The notes beneath the pieces are model-generated. The model saw only the letters and a list, made by a program, of their open reading frames with translations, ran no database searches and was not told the origin of the DNA. A stretch of 64,000 nt of DNA from NCBI GenBank assembly GCA_963667175.2, contig CAXXXF010000004.1, positions 328,184 through 392,183 on the forward strand, read 5' to 3'. Positions within the stretch are counted from its first letter, which is position 1. The number at the start of each line of letters is the position of its first letter. This DNA comes from Candidatus Latescibacterota bacterium (GTDB taxonomy: Bacteria > Latescibacterota > UBA2968 > GCA-2709665). Below, in pieces: positions 38,450-49,779 of this stretch. Made by a program: the position numbers and the translations under genes.

Positions 38450-39487
38450 TTATCGCGCGATGACGAAGACCGCGTCTTTCTCCGCCGATTTGCCGGCGTT
38501 CCTGTCGTTGATCGTTACCTTCAGCGTATATCGACCCGGAAGAAGCTCGGCGAGGTCCAATTCCACGTATTCCACTTCCTGCGCGGCCTCGCCCTGCTGT
38601 TCGTACGTAACGGCCAGTTCTTCTCTCTTGCCGGTCTTCCACCGGAACAGGCGAGAGATGTTGCTCATCGTGACCGGCGGGTCCGCGGACGTGATCGAAT
38701 AGGATACGTAGTAGTCCGTCCAGCCGAACGCGTCCTTCGCGATGTTGTAGATTTCGTAGTAGACGAAGACGCTTTGACCTTTCTTGTAGGTTCGGGATGG
38801 CATCGGAACGACGTTCAGGTCGCCCTTGTTAAAACGGCTGTCCGCTTTTTCCGCGGCTACATGCCAGGCCAGTTCCAGGTCGCTGATCTGCAGCCGATCG
38901 TCGCCGTACGGCTCCACGACAACGTGTTGACAATAGGCGCCCATGTCCACGGCCTTTCGCGCGTCCTTTTCCCTGTGCCGGTCGGCGCGAATTGCGAGGC
39001 GATTCCCTTCCGGAGAAACGGCAATGTCCATTGGATTCAGTTCAGGCGGGAGCGGCCAGCGGCTCTCGTCCGAACCGTCGACATTGACGAGCCAGGTACG
39101 GTTTTTGTCAATCGGCAGGGTGCGCCCGCCCGAGAGGTACGATCCGAATGCAGGATATCTGAGACTGCGTTCCAGATAGACCAAGGCGCTGCCATCACGC
39201 AGGAATCCGAGGGAGCCCGCCGAGCCAGGACAGGTCCTGATCCTTTCGCGACTGGCACCGCCGTCTCGGGACAGCCATATCTCCGCGAGCAACGCTCTCC
39301 GTTCGCCGCGTTGGACGGTATAAGCGAGCGTGCTCCCGTCCGGAGACCGAGCCGGGCGGTTTTCTCTTGAAAATGTGGGCAGGGGAAACAGAAGCGTTAC
39401 GGCAATTAAAAACGCATAGTGAGGGCGGCTCGGGCTGGGCGAATTCCCGAGTGTCTTCCGGCTGATTGTTCTCTTTGAAATTGCCAT
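38450..39487 (-). CDS. Internally deleted (mini) large-type GWxTD paralog lacking TPR and GWxTD domains
   Basis: N-terminus and C-terminus are near-identical to those of 24780-28610 and are joined in frame at LAIR|ADRHREKDARKAV|DM|GAY. Confidence 0.75.
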   Translation of the reverse strand: MAISKRTISRKTLGNSPSPSRPHYAFLIAVTLLFPLPTFSRENRPARSPDGSTLAYTVQRGERRALLAEIWLSRDGGASRERIRTCPGSAGSLGFLRDGSALVYLERSLRYPAFGSYLSGGRTLPIDKNRTWLVNVDGSDESRWPLPPELNPMDIAVSPEGNRLAIRADRHREKDARKAVDMGAYCQHVVVEPYGDDRLQISDLELAWHVAAEKADSRFNKGDLNVVPMPSRTYKKGQSVFVYYEIYNIAKDAFGWTDYYVSYSITSADPPVTMSNISRLFRWKTGKREELAVTYEQQGEAAQEVEYVELDLAELLPGRYTLKVTINDRNAGKSAEKDAVFVIAR

Positions 39488-39601
39488 TCAACAAATCTAA
39501 TGTGTGGCATGGTGACAGATGTACCTGAAGTAAGTTCCTTACAAGACTCTGGATCTCGCAACAATAAACAAAAAGTGGCCACCGATCCCGCTTTTCGGGT
39601 G

Positions 39602-40648
39602 TTAACGGTGTTCCATCAGCAGACGAAACCCCTGGTTGCGACCCCAACCAACACCGCGTACACGCATCGCCGACCGCATTTCGAGAGCGGTTCCAACAAA
39701 GTATCCCCCTCTGAGAACATGGAATGAACCCTCCCATCCGGCATTGGCATTTTCAAACTCCGCGGGATCCGGGGGACCCTTCGGATCGGTCTGCGCCTCT
39801 CCTGAATACGGTGCCCAGTAATCCTGAACCCATTCACGCACATTACCATACATATCGTATAGGCCCCACGGATTCGGTAATACGCCCCCCGTCTCCTGAG
39901 GCTCCCGGCTGCCGTAGACCACGCGGCCGTCTGGCATCAACGTCGCCGTCCGCGAGTTCTCACGATAGCGGGCATAATCGCCGATACGGCTCGGGTCGTC
40001 TCCGAAGAACCATGTCGTCGTGGTCCCTGCCCTGCATGCGTATTCCCACTCAGCCTCCGTTGGCAACCGGAAAATGTCCCGTCCTTCCGCCTCGTTCAAT
40101 CTCCGAATGAATGACTTTATGCGCTCCCACTCCATGCTGCGAGCCGGGTATTTCGACTTCGCGGGATCGTCAGTTGATCCCAACCGCGCCCACGGACGCG
40201 TATTCATCACGCTCTGCCACTGCGCCTGCGTGATTTCATACCTGCCAAGATAGAATCCCTTTGTGATCGTAACTTCATGCCGGGGACCTTCGTCATCCCG
40301 CCGCCCGGGCTCAGAATCGGGCGACCCCATCAGGAACCTGCCCGGCTGAATCCATACCATCCCCAGCTTTGCGCCACCCGGAAGCGTAATCGTAATCTTC
40401 TTTTCAGGCATACCCTCCCCGAAATGCGTCGCGAAGAGGATGAAATCCGAAAAGTCGACGCTTCCGTTGCCGTCGAGGTCGAAACTGGATTGATTCGACC
40501 CGAACGCCTGTGCGAACAAAATGAAATCTCCGAAATCCACAATACCATTGGCGTCGAAGTCGGGGTTGCGAGACTGGGCAATGGGAGACTGCCACGCAGC
40601 CAACATCACTCCAGCGGCAAACATCATAACGATGGCATTTCGTTTCAT
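39602..40648 (-). CDS. EF-hand/dockerin-like + FGE-sulfatase domain protein
   Basis: ORF track 39602-40858; likely start ATG 40648 (MKRNAIVMM) after GGGAG RBS, by comparison with paralogs. Confidence 0.9.
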   Translation of the reverse strand: MKRNAIVMMFAAGVMLAAWQSPIAQSRNPDFDANGIVDFGDFILFAQAFGSNQSSFDLDGNGSVDFSDFILFATHFGEGMPEKKITITLPGGAKLGMVWIQPGRFLMGSPDSEPGRRDDEGPRHEVTITKGFYLGRYEITQAQWQSVMNTRPWARLGSTDDPAKSKYPARSMEWERIKSFIRRLNEAEGRDIFRLPTEAEWEYACRAGTTTTWFFGDDPSRIGDYARYRENSRTATLMPDGRVVYGSREPQETGGVLPNPWGLYDMYGNVREWVQDYWAPYSGEAQTDPKGPPDPAEFENANAGWEGSFHVLRGGYFVGTALEMRSAMRVRGVGWGRNQGFRLLMEHR

Positions 40649-41047
40649 TATTACACGGCTCCCATTATTACCACGTGCAGTGAATAGTAGACCTGAATTA
40701 GTCTGCCTTTTGCGGGTCATCCAACGTACGCACCTTGAGAAGCTCAATGACGGCGTTTCGACAAGCTCAACGAACGTCATTGAGCCCATTGCCTCCAGGC
40801 GCTGCCCCGATGCGCTCCCTGAGCCTGCCTGCATTGAGCTTGTCGAAATGTCGGCCACGGTGACGAAACCGCATAATGACGGTCAAGACGAACGTGCTTT
40901 GCAATGCTCAACTGTTGTAAAAGTGGATGTAAACCTAAAATGTGCTCGCCGTAGTAACCGCTTTGCCAGACAGGGCCGGCGAATCTCGGAGAGCCCCGGT
41001 ACGTCGCAAACAACCCAGTAGAATCCTCGTATCTGCCATCGCCTGAT

Positions 41048-42079
41048 TTATCGATGTTCCATCAACACACGAAACCCAGTGAGAGAGTTTGGTATCCAAC
41101 CGAGGGATCGTGTAGCCGACCTGATCCCCGCTGGCTGGTCGAAACTAGAACCTCCTCTTTCGACGTGACTGTATTGTGGAAGTCTTCTTCCAGTGGGACC
41201 GTCGGGCCCTTTGGGGTCGACCTGCGGCGCTTCCGAATACGGTCCATAGTAATCCTGCACCAACTCCCGTACATTCCCGTGCATATCGTACAGGCCCCAG
41301 GAGTTCGGAAATCCGCCCCCGGTTTCCTGCGCCGCTGGGCTTCCGTAGACTGTACGCCCGTCGTCAAGGACGATTGCCGTACGGGAGTTCTCATTATATC
41401 GCGCGTAATCGGCAATACGAGACGAGTCTTCCCCAAATGACCACGGAGTCGAGGTGCCAGCCCGGCATGCATATTCCCACTCCGCCTCCGTAGGTAGTCG
41501 GTAGACATCGGTACTCTCCAATTCGTTCAATCTTTGGACGAACGATTGGACTTCGTGCCAGCGCATTCTGTTAGCTGGAAAGTTCGCTCTCCCTGAAACT
41601 TCGGAAGTCGATCCGACTAGCCACGGACGTGTGTTCATCACGCTTTCCCACTGAATCTGCGTGACTTCGTACTTGCCCAGGTAGAACCCCCTTGTTAAAG
41701 TAACTTCATGGCGTGGACCCTCATCTTCATTCCGGCCGGGCTCGTAAATAGGCGATCCCATCAGGAACCTGCCCGGCTGGATCCAGACCATCTCCAGCTT
41801 TGCGCCGCGGGGTAGCGAAACCGTGATCTCCGCCTCCGGCATTCCCTCCCCGAACTGCTTCGTGAACAGGATGAAATCCGGAAAATCCACGCTTCCATTG
41901 CCGTCAAGGTCGAAAAGGTGTTGATTCGACCCAAAAGCCTGCGCGAACAGGATGAAGTCCCCGAAATCCACGATTCCGTTGGCATCGAAGTCAGCATCGC
42001 GGGACTGGGCTATCAGAGGCTGGTTCAGACTAAACAAAGCCAGAACGGCGAAGTTCAGTGTGAACGTCATTCGTCTCAT
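41048..42079 (-). CDS. EF-hand/dockerin-like + FGE-sulfatase domain protein
   Basis: Same motifs; RGGSSF...GFRVLMEHR. Confidence 0.92.
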   Translation of the reverse strand: MRRMTFTLNFAVLALFSLNQPLIAQSRDADFDANGIVDFGDFILFAQAFGSNQHLFDLDGNGSVDFPDFILFTKQFGEGMPEAEITVSLPRGAKLEMVWIQPGRFLMGSPIYEPGRNEDEGPRHEVTLTRGFYLGKYEVTQIQWESVMNTRPWLVGSTSEVSGRANFPANRMRWHEVQSFVQRLNELESTDVYRLPTEAEWEYACRAGTSTPWSFGEDSSRIADYARYNENSRTAIVLDDGRTVYGSPAAQETGGGFPNSWGLYDMHGNVRELVQDYYGPYSEAPQVDPKGPDGPTGRRLPQYSHVERGGSSFDQPAGIRSATRSLGWIPNSLTGFRVLMEHR

Positions 42080-42560
42080 GGTTCCACGGCTCCTTTGAAC
42101 CGTTTAGCCCGAAAAGGCAGGCGAATCGCGGGAAGGCGCTCGAATTTCGGAGAGCCTAAGTTCGTCGTAAACAGCAAGATCCTTCATCGAGATTTCGAAG
42201 GGGGAATTCGAACATTGGTCAGGGCTTCGTATTCAAGATCCCTGACGTGGCTTCGGTGTTCTCAGCCGCAGCCAAATGGGTGGCAGTGAGCGCTCGCCTG
42301 TTGAACCGTCTTATCACTCCCCCTTTAGGGGGAGTCGCCTGCATGCGCCTGCCTGTTCCGTTGGAACGGCAGACAGGCCAAGCGGAGCGCCGTGCCTGCC
42401 GGCAGACAAGCAGAAGCCGAGCCGGTCCCTGGGCCTGATGTCCCTGAGGCTTGCCACAAGCCAGTCGAAGGGTGTCGAAGACTCGAGGACCGGCGACGGC
42501 TGATGCAGAGGGGGATTTCAAGGGCGCCCCAATGACATTTCGAATATGTCGTCGCTTGAT

Positions 42561-43595
42561 TTATCGATGCTCCATCACCACACGAAACCCGGTGAAAGCG
42601 TCCGGCACCCACCCGAACGAACGGGCAGCCGCCCGAATCCACGCGGGGCGATCAAAACTCGATCCTCCTCTCACAACGCGGCTGCCATCCAGAGCGCGTC
42701 CTCCAGCGGGTCCGTCGGGCCCTTTGGGATCGACCTGCGGCTCATCCGAATACGGACCGTAGTAATCCTGCACGAGTTCACGTACATTTCCGTGCATATC
42801 ATATAGGCCCCACGGGTTCGGAAAAACGCCCCCTGTTTCCTGCACCTCCGGAGGTCCAAAGACTCTTCGCCCGTCGTCCAGAATGGTGGCTCTGCGTGAG
42901 TTCCCGAAATATCGCGCGTAATCGGCGATGCGGGTCGTGTCGTTTCCGAACGACCAGGGTGTCTTGGTGCCTGCCCTGCAGGCGTATTCCCACTCCGCCT
43001 CCGTGGGCAACCGGAAAATATCCGATCCTTCGGCCTCGTTCAATTCACGTATGAATGTCTCGATTTCGCGCCAGCGCATTCTATTTGCCGGAAAGTTCCC
43101 TCTCCCGGGAACCTGAGAAACCACTCCCATAAGCCACGGACGCGTATTCATCACGCTCTCCCACTGCGACTGCGTGACTTCGTGCTTGCCCATGTAGAAT
43201 CCCGTTGTAATCGTGACTCCATGCCGGGGACCCTCGTGATCGTCTCGGTCGGGCTCAGAATCCGGCGACCCCATCAGGAAGCGTCCTGGCTGGATCCAGA
43301 CCATATCCAGCTTTGCGCCTCTCGGAAGCGTCACCGTAATCTTCTCTTCCGGCGCACCCTCTCCGAACCGCTGTGCAAACAGGATGAAATCCGGAAAACC
43401 CACGCTTCCATTGCCGTCAAGGTCGAAAAGGTGTTGATTCGATCCGAAAGCCTGCGCGAACAGGATGAAGTCACCGAAATCCACGATTCCGTTGGCGTCG
43501 AAATCAGCGTCGCGGGTGGATTGGGCGAGCGGGGCTTGCCAAACAATCAGCAATGCGCTCAGGGCAAGTATTACAAGAACGGTATTTCGTCTCAT
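42561..43595 (-). CDS. EF-hand/dockerin-like + FGE-sulfatase domain protein
   Basis: Same motifs; RGGSSF...GFRVVMEHR. Confidence 0.92.
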   Translation of the reverse strand: MRRNTVLVILALSALLIVWQAPLAQSTRDADFDANGIVDFGDFILFAQAFGSNQHLFDLDGNGSVGFPDFILFAQRFGEGAPEEKITVTLPRGAKLDMVWIQPGRFLMGSPDSEPDRDDHEGPRHGVTITTGFYMGKHEVTQSQWESVMNTRPWLMGVVSQVPGRGNFPANRMRWREIETFIRELNEAEGSDIFRLPTEAEWEYACRAGTKTPWSFGNDTTRIADYARYFGNSRRATILDDGRRVFGPPEVQETGGVFPNPWGLYDMHGNVRELVQDYYGPYSDEPQVDPKGPDGPAGGRALDGSRVVRGGSSFDRPAWIRAAARSFGWVPDAFTGFRVVMEHR

Positions 43596-43997
43596 CGTTC
43601 TTTGGGCTCCCTTCGGCCGCTGTGTTCAGTTATGTGATGGTCGCGCCGTTCAGATTTCGAGCCATCGACAGACCGAAATTGTCGGCTGCATGGCGACTCA
43701 TCGTTTCCATAAAGTAAGTTGATTTTAATATTAATCAAGACTTGCAATCGTCGTCCGGGTTCAATACATCGACCTGCCATAGGAACGGGGCATCGGAGAG
43801 GCAATCCATTCAGACGGGGATCCTGTTGGGAACGGTGGAGATCGTCTAAGGAGCTACCTGCTGCGCATTGAATTGTCGAATGCTGTCATTCATGATCGAA
43901 CTTGTGAACATCTCTATACCGAATCTGAGTTTAGCTCGAGTCAATCCAAGCCGGTTGACTGTGTATTCAGGATACCCGAAGTGTTCGGATGTCAATC

Positions 43998-46900
43998 CTA
44001 TTCCGCGATGACGAAAACGGCGTCCTTCTCCACCGCCTCGCCGCTGGTCCTGTCGTTAATCGATACTTTCAATGAATATCGGCCTGGAACCTGATCGTCC
44101 AGGGCCAGTTCCACGTATTCCACTTCCTGAGCATCGTCGCCCAGTTGTTCGTACGAAACGGCCAGTTCTTCTCTCTTGCCGCTATCCCACCGGAACAGAC
44201 GGGAGATATTGCTCACCTGATCAGGCGCCTCTCTGGACGTGATCTTATAGGAGACACTGTAGTTCGTCTGCCCGAATTCGTCTTTTTTCAGGTTGTAAAC
44301 CTCGTAGTAAACAAAAACGCTTTGGCCTTTCCGGAATGTTCGAGAAGGCATTGGTATTACTTGCAGATCTCCCTTGGCGAATCTGCCTGCCGTCTTTTCG
44401 GCAGTAATCCTCCAGGCCAATTCCAGGTCGCTGATCTGCAATGCATCCGCGCCATAGGGCTCTACCACGACCTGTTGCTGATAGATGCCCATTCTTCCTT
44501 TCGCGCGATCCTGCGACTTCACCTCCAGACGATAAGCGCCGGGCGGCAGGTTCAATTTCAGCACGTCCGGCACGAGCTGACCTTCACCGGCCAGATTACC
44601 CTCAGCCTTGTAGTCGATCTCATTTGTCTTCCGGTAGACCGTGTCCAGCGCGGATGAAATCAGCGCTGCGTGGTGCGTCAGAACCAGCCGAGTCACATTT
44701 TGTTCTGACATGTAGTGGCCTGTTAGGACCGGAACGCCATAGTAGATCTCCAGGAGGCTACGGTCGTCGCTTCCTTTAAAGTCAGCTAACGAATAGTGGA
44801 AATCGAGAGGCGGTTTCCTGTCTTCGGGGACATAGAAGTCGGGAGTACTCGCCGCCGCTCGATGGTAGACGGATTCCGGCGAGTGGGTGCTCAACGACGC
44901 GGTCTGACGTATCGAGATCCCTCCCTGGTTCGGCGGCACCGGTGCATAGTCATATATTCCGGAACCGATTTCGTCTGTAAAGGTGATTTCAATACCGCCT
45001 CCCACGCCGGTATATATCCACGTCTCCCAGGGCACCGTACTCGGATCGTCGCCTGAGGTAACCGGGTGATAGTCCCCGAATCCCAGCCGTTCGTCCATTG
45101 GAAGGATGCCTATACGGACCTCATCATCAGGCGCTGGCGACGGCGTCGTTACGCCTTCATCAGAGGACGGGCCTTGACCCGAGAAACCGGAACCATCGGC
45201 ATCGCCGACCGCCGCATCAATGGACCCGACGTCGCCAGCCCCCGGATCGGCGGAGGATGCCGACGCGTTCTCTATGTTGATGTCTTTCAGATCATACCAC
45301 GCGCCATCCAGTTGTTTGTGGCTGCGTACAGGGTAGACGGGTCCGACAAACGTGTGCGCCCTGACGTCGCCCTTGTAAATATCGAATGCGAGGCGTTCTT
45401 TGACCCGCTGTACTTCCAGGCTCTGCTTGAAATTGGGTTCGTCTGATCTTGATCGATGATCGGGTTCCCCGAACCGGATGTAGACGTCTCCTCGAGTGTC
45501 CCAGGGCTTCTTGCCTTTGGAGAACTCCGTGAGCGCGTACCAGACCCTTCTGTAGTGTTCCAGCAGACGTTCGTTAACGGACGTGGAGAGATCCGGATCC
45601 TTGGAATTCCAGAAGCGCCGCAAATGGTCTGCGCGGTCGGCGGCTACGGCTTCTCGATGGGCACGAAGCTCTTCGCTGGACGCAATTTGCGATATGTTTT
45701 CGTAAAGTCTTCGTTTATCGTCAGGAAGATTGGATATATAATCCTCGAAGAACCCCATTGCCATTTCCAGACTGTCCTGTTTGATGGCAGAAATAGCGAC
45801 GATTGGCATCAGTTCAATCGAATTCGGATGCCTCTGGACGAAGTCATACAGGTGGTCCATAATCTTCGAATAATCCTTAACTTTCAGGTATGCAATCCCA
45901 AGGCTGCGTTGCGCATCCGAATCTTCCGGGTGTAGCGCAAGGTATTTCGTATACCATACGACGGCCTTTTCAAATTCCCACGAAAAGTTCAAATAATAGT
46001 CCGCAATCAACAAATAGGCGCCCGCATGCTCGGGGTCCATTTCCAGGACTCTCTTTGCTTCCAACTCGGCATCTCGTTCCTTCATGTCATAACGCACTCT
46101 GGCCATCTGATATCGCGCGTCCACAAAGTTCCGATCTTTAATCAATGCCTCCGTGAAATGGTGGATCGCAAAATGCCGCTGCATCGGCCATGTCTTGTAA
46201 AGCATACCCAGGCCAACGTGCGCCTCCGCCTTACCTCCCAGTCTCAGCGCTCGATGAAACGCTTCCTTCGATTCCTCGAATCGTCTCAATTTCAGAAGAA
46301 TGTGACCCAGGTGGATATATGCGTCGGGACCCTTCGGCCGTTGACGCGCCACGTTCCGAAAGATCAGACGCGCCCGGTCCAGTTCATTCGCGTCCATGGC
46401 GCGGCGACCGGTGGATGCCAGGCTGTCGACCCGTGCTGCGGGTATGTGCGAAATCTCCGTGTGACCGCCTTCGAGGTCCGCGACACCGTCGATTTGCTCG
46501 CCGCGGTGCCAGAAACAGGCCAGGGCCGGCGCGCCTGGCAATCCCTGGTGCTTATACAGATAATCGCTGAGAAATGTGTAATCCCGGTTTGATGGGCACG
46601 AGAACAGCACGTCAAGGATCGCTTTCCTGTCATCCAGTTCCTTTCCGGCCGGCGTGTCTGCAACAATCCTCCGCGTTGCCCACTGATGCAATTCAGCAAG
46701 GTCTGCGGGTTCGTTGTTGTTCCGCGCACGCTTGAATTCGTCCATCAGCCGGAGCATCCCCGTCAAGCGCTCCTGGCAGTTGCGTCTGTCGGCCTTCCTG
46801 GCGTCTGCTTTGATCCAAATCTCACAAGCTTTGATATATCTTGCGCAACTATTCCTCGACAATCCGTACGTCGCGGCCTGATCGTAGAGTCTCTTGAATT

Positions 46901-49744
46901 CGCGCCTGGCATGCTCGAACAATTCTTTCGCATTGTCTTCGTTTCCTCTGTGGAGGGCATTTCTGCCGCGTATGTACAGGTTCAGGCCGGAACTGATTAA
47001 ACGTAGGGGGATATCTGACGAATCGGACTGACGCAAAGCGTCTGTGGACCTCGCCCTGGACAGGGATTCTCGATCTTGTCTTCCGTTCGCAGGAATTCCT
47101 TCCTTCGGAATGTAGGGAACAGTTTCGCCCGTCTCTACGTGAACACGGATCGCCTCCCCCTCGTCCTTGACACCGCATGAAACAGTTTTTCCATCATCTG
47201 ACCAATCTACAGGCCCACTTACGTTACCGGCAAACAAAAGCCTGATGTCTCCCCGTCTGTCGACTGTCCAGAGGCCGTGGCTTGTGCGCTCGAAAGCATT
47301 GCGTCGATAACCGATAATCGCCAATGACCGTCCATCAGGAGAAAGCGCGAATTGGAGAGGTTGAAGATCCGTAGGAAGCGGCCACGCTTCCTCTTTGGTA
47401 CCGTCCGGATACAACGACCATATTATGTTTTTCGTGATCGGTATCGAGTGGCCTCCATAGAAATACGACCCCCACGCTTCGTGTCGCAAGCTTCGTTCCA
47501 GATATATCAAGGCATCGCCAGCCGGATCAAAATAGAGGTCGCCTGGTCTTCCGGGATAAGTCTTGATCCTCCTGGGTTGTGTGTCCAAAATCGAGACAAT
47601 CCAGATTTCAGTGACAGAAATCGCACCCTTGCCCCTCTGGATTGCAAAAGCTCGATCCCCGGCCACTGACGTTACAGGTAGAGTCGAGAGGTGGCGCGGT
47701 GGTGTAGGAGAGGCCTATCTGTTTCCGCCCCTTTCGTCTGGCGGTGCCTCAATAGCCGCTCCGCGCTCCGTTTCCACGTCCCGCTCATCGAACCGGACGT
47801 GCGGATTTACCGCATCCGGCTCTCGGACAAGGAGTCATGCGTTCGCCCACGGAAGGTTGTGCGTCTGCACCTCCAGCCGGGTCAGGCCCAACGTATTGTA
47901 GAGGACCTCGTCAGGGAGACGGGACGTCCCCTTTCCCGGTATTCGGTACTTGTTGCACAACCACCAGCGGAGCCGTTGCCGGGTGTGGCTGTCCACACTC
48001 CGGTAGGCTTTGCTGACCGGACCAAGACGGAAGTAGTTGCCCCACCCTGTTAGCTTTCGGTTCAGGTGGGCAATCCGTTCTTGATGGTCTTTCAGCAGCC
48101 ACCGCCGCGCCGTTGCCTCGCTGATGGCCCGGCAGATGTGCCGGATGGCCTTCTTTGACGGGCGCGTGCCGATATAGGCCTTTCCCGTCTTTGGTGAGTA
48201 ACAGCGTTCGATGGTGTAGCCCAGAAAGTCAAATCGTCCTTCAGGAAGCGTGCATATGCCCGTCTTCTGCTCGTTCACCGTCAACTTGAGCGCCTTCATA
48301 ATGGATCGCATCGCGCGCATCGCTTCTTTTGCGGTGCCGCGACAGCAGATCACAAAATCGTCCGCGTAGTTGACAATATGAGCCTTCAGGCGTTGCTGAT
48401 GTCCCCGAACCTGCCATCCCAGAATGAACCGCCGCATATACAGGTTCGCCAGCAGGGGCGAGATCGGGGCGCCTTGCGGTGTCCCCCTTCCCTGATCCTT
48501 GTTCGGCGTCGTTCGACGTTTGCGGCCCCGCTTGTCGGTCTCCTCAATCGGCGCGGTCAGCCACAGCTTGACCAGGCCCAGCATACGCCCGTCACTGATG
48601 CGACGCGCCACACATTTCATCAGCTCGGCATGCGGGATCGTGTCAAAGTAACCGCTCAAGTCCGCGTCGATCACCTGCGTATGGCCACGGCTCACCAGAC
48701 TGTGAACCGCCCTGATGGCGTCGTGCGCACTCCGTTTCGGACGGTACGCATACTGCGCCGCTGGCAGGTCCGCCTCAAAGATCGGCTCCAATACCAGCAT
48801 CGCCGCGGTTTGCACCACCCGATCTTTCACCGTCGGGATGCCCAGCGGCCTTTGCTTCCCGTTCGGCTTGGGGATATACACCCGACGGATCGGAGACACC
48901 CGATACGATTTGCTCCTTACGGCTTCCGACAGTTCGCCTAACCACCGCTTTTGCCCATATGACTCGATATCCGCAAACGTCTCGCCGTCCACGCCCGCCG
49001 CGCCGCCGTTGGCCTTGCAGCAGCGGTACGCATAAAGCAGGATGTCCTCGCGATACACCTTGTCATACAGCGCGTAGAATCGGTAGCCGGGCGATTCCTT
49101 CGCTTTGGCATGCAACGTCCTCTGCAACTTCCGAACCTTTTCCGGAGGTCTTAGGCTCATACCAATCTCCAGGCTCTCGCTCCTTTGACGTTGCCCTTGA
49201 ACCAAGGCCCCTTTCCTCCGCCGGCATTACCCGGCTTCTCAGGTACTACGGGCCTCTCCGCCACCCCACGCGGCCCGGCCTGACCCTCACGGGCTGCCGG
49301 TTGGTGTCTCCACCACCGCCTGGGGCTTCCCGTGTTGCGTCGGAACTCCTTGTATACGTGCCTCCGCCACTACCCCGGCGGGACCGTTGGGTGCTCGCGT
49401 TGCCTGCTTCCCCAACGACGGCGGCCTTCCCCGAAATTCAGGCGGGTCGGCTCCCGCATTACCCTTTTCGAGGCCTGCGCAGCGTTCACTCACGTTTCGG
49501 CCCGCATACTCGCCAAGTCGCCTTGCGACCCTCTACACCGGAGGCTTCGGAGATGTCGTTTCCTACGTCCCCGCTCCGATTGCTACCGACTGTGGCAACA
49601 CTTGTCGGGTGGGACTCTCACCCACTGAAGTTCCGCGCCTTTTCACGGCGCACTGAGATAATCAGGGTCAGACGCTTCGACAACACGGGGGGTTGCCAGG
49701 ATGCAGAATGCAATTACGAGTGTAACCCGTATGTTCCACCGCAT
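43998..49744 (-). CDS. Large secreted TPR + GWxTD-like protein, intron-split (exon 1 49654-49744, exon 2 43998-47677; 1256 aa spliced)
   Basis: AGGAGG RBS, then ATG 49744 MRWNIRVTLVIAFCILATPRVVEASDPDYL-A|CT-VTS continues in frame into the ORF-track protein (V/M)AGDRAF; PWDTRGDVYIRFGEPD. Confidence 0.85.
47678..49653 (-). mobile_element. Group II intron, copy 2 (sense insertion in a CDS)
   Basis: GTGCG start at 49653, CTCGACTCTAC end at 47678, very similar to copy 1 throughout. Confidence 0.93.
47835..49205 (-). CDS. ltrA: Group II intron reverse transcriptase/maturase
   Basis: 456 aa, near-identical to 10994-12364; YADD intact. Confidence 0.95.
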   Translation of the reverse strand: MVQGQRQRSESLEIGMSLRPPEKVRKLQRTLHAKAKESPGYRFYALYDKVYREDILLYAYRCCKANGGAAGVDGETFADIESYGQKRWLGELSEAVRSKSYRVSPIRRVYIPKPNGKQRPLGIPTVKDRVVQTAAMLVLEPIFEADLPAAQYAYRPKRSAHDAIRAVHSLVSRGHTQVIDADLSGYFDTIPHAELMKCVARRISDGRMLGLVKLWLTAPIEETDKRGRKRRTTPNKDQGRGTPQGAPISPLLANLYMRRFILGWQVRGHQQRLKAHIVNYADDFVICCRGTAKEAMRAMRSIMKALKLTVNEQKTGICTLPEGRFDFLGYTIERCYSPKTGKAYIGTRPSKKAIRHICRAISEATARRWLLKDHQERIAHLNRKLTGWGNYFRLGPVSKAYRSVDSHTRQRLRWWLCNKYRIPGKGTSRLPDEVLYNTLGLTRLEVQTHNLPWANA

Positions 49745-49779
49745 GACGTTGCCCTCCTGCCATTCAACAATGCAGTTCG

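Noticed and set aside
40649-40858. N-terminal extensions in the ORF track (39602-40858, 6353-8932, 56385-58202, 33882-36356)
   Set aside because: The extensions run through repeats, promoter cassettes or non-homologous DNA; paralog alignment and RBS positions support downstream starts.
10994-49205. Diversity-generating retroelement (RT genes + CLec/FGE targets)
   Set aside because: Both RTs sit inside complete group II intron RNAs and have maturase domains. I found no AAC-rich template repeat and no avd, and the FGE 3' ends differ at many synonymous positions. A DGR elsewhere in the genome cannot be excluded.
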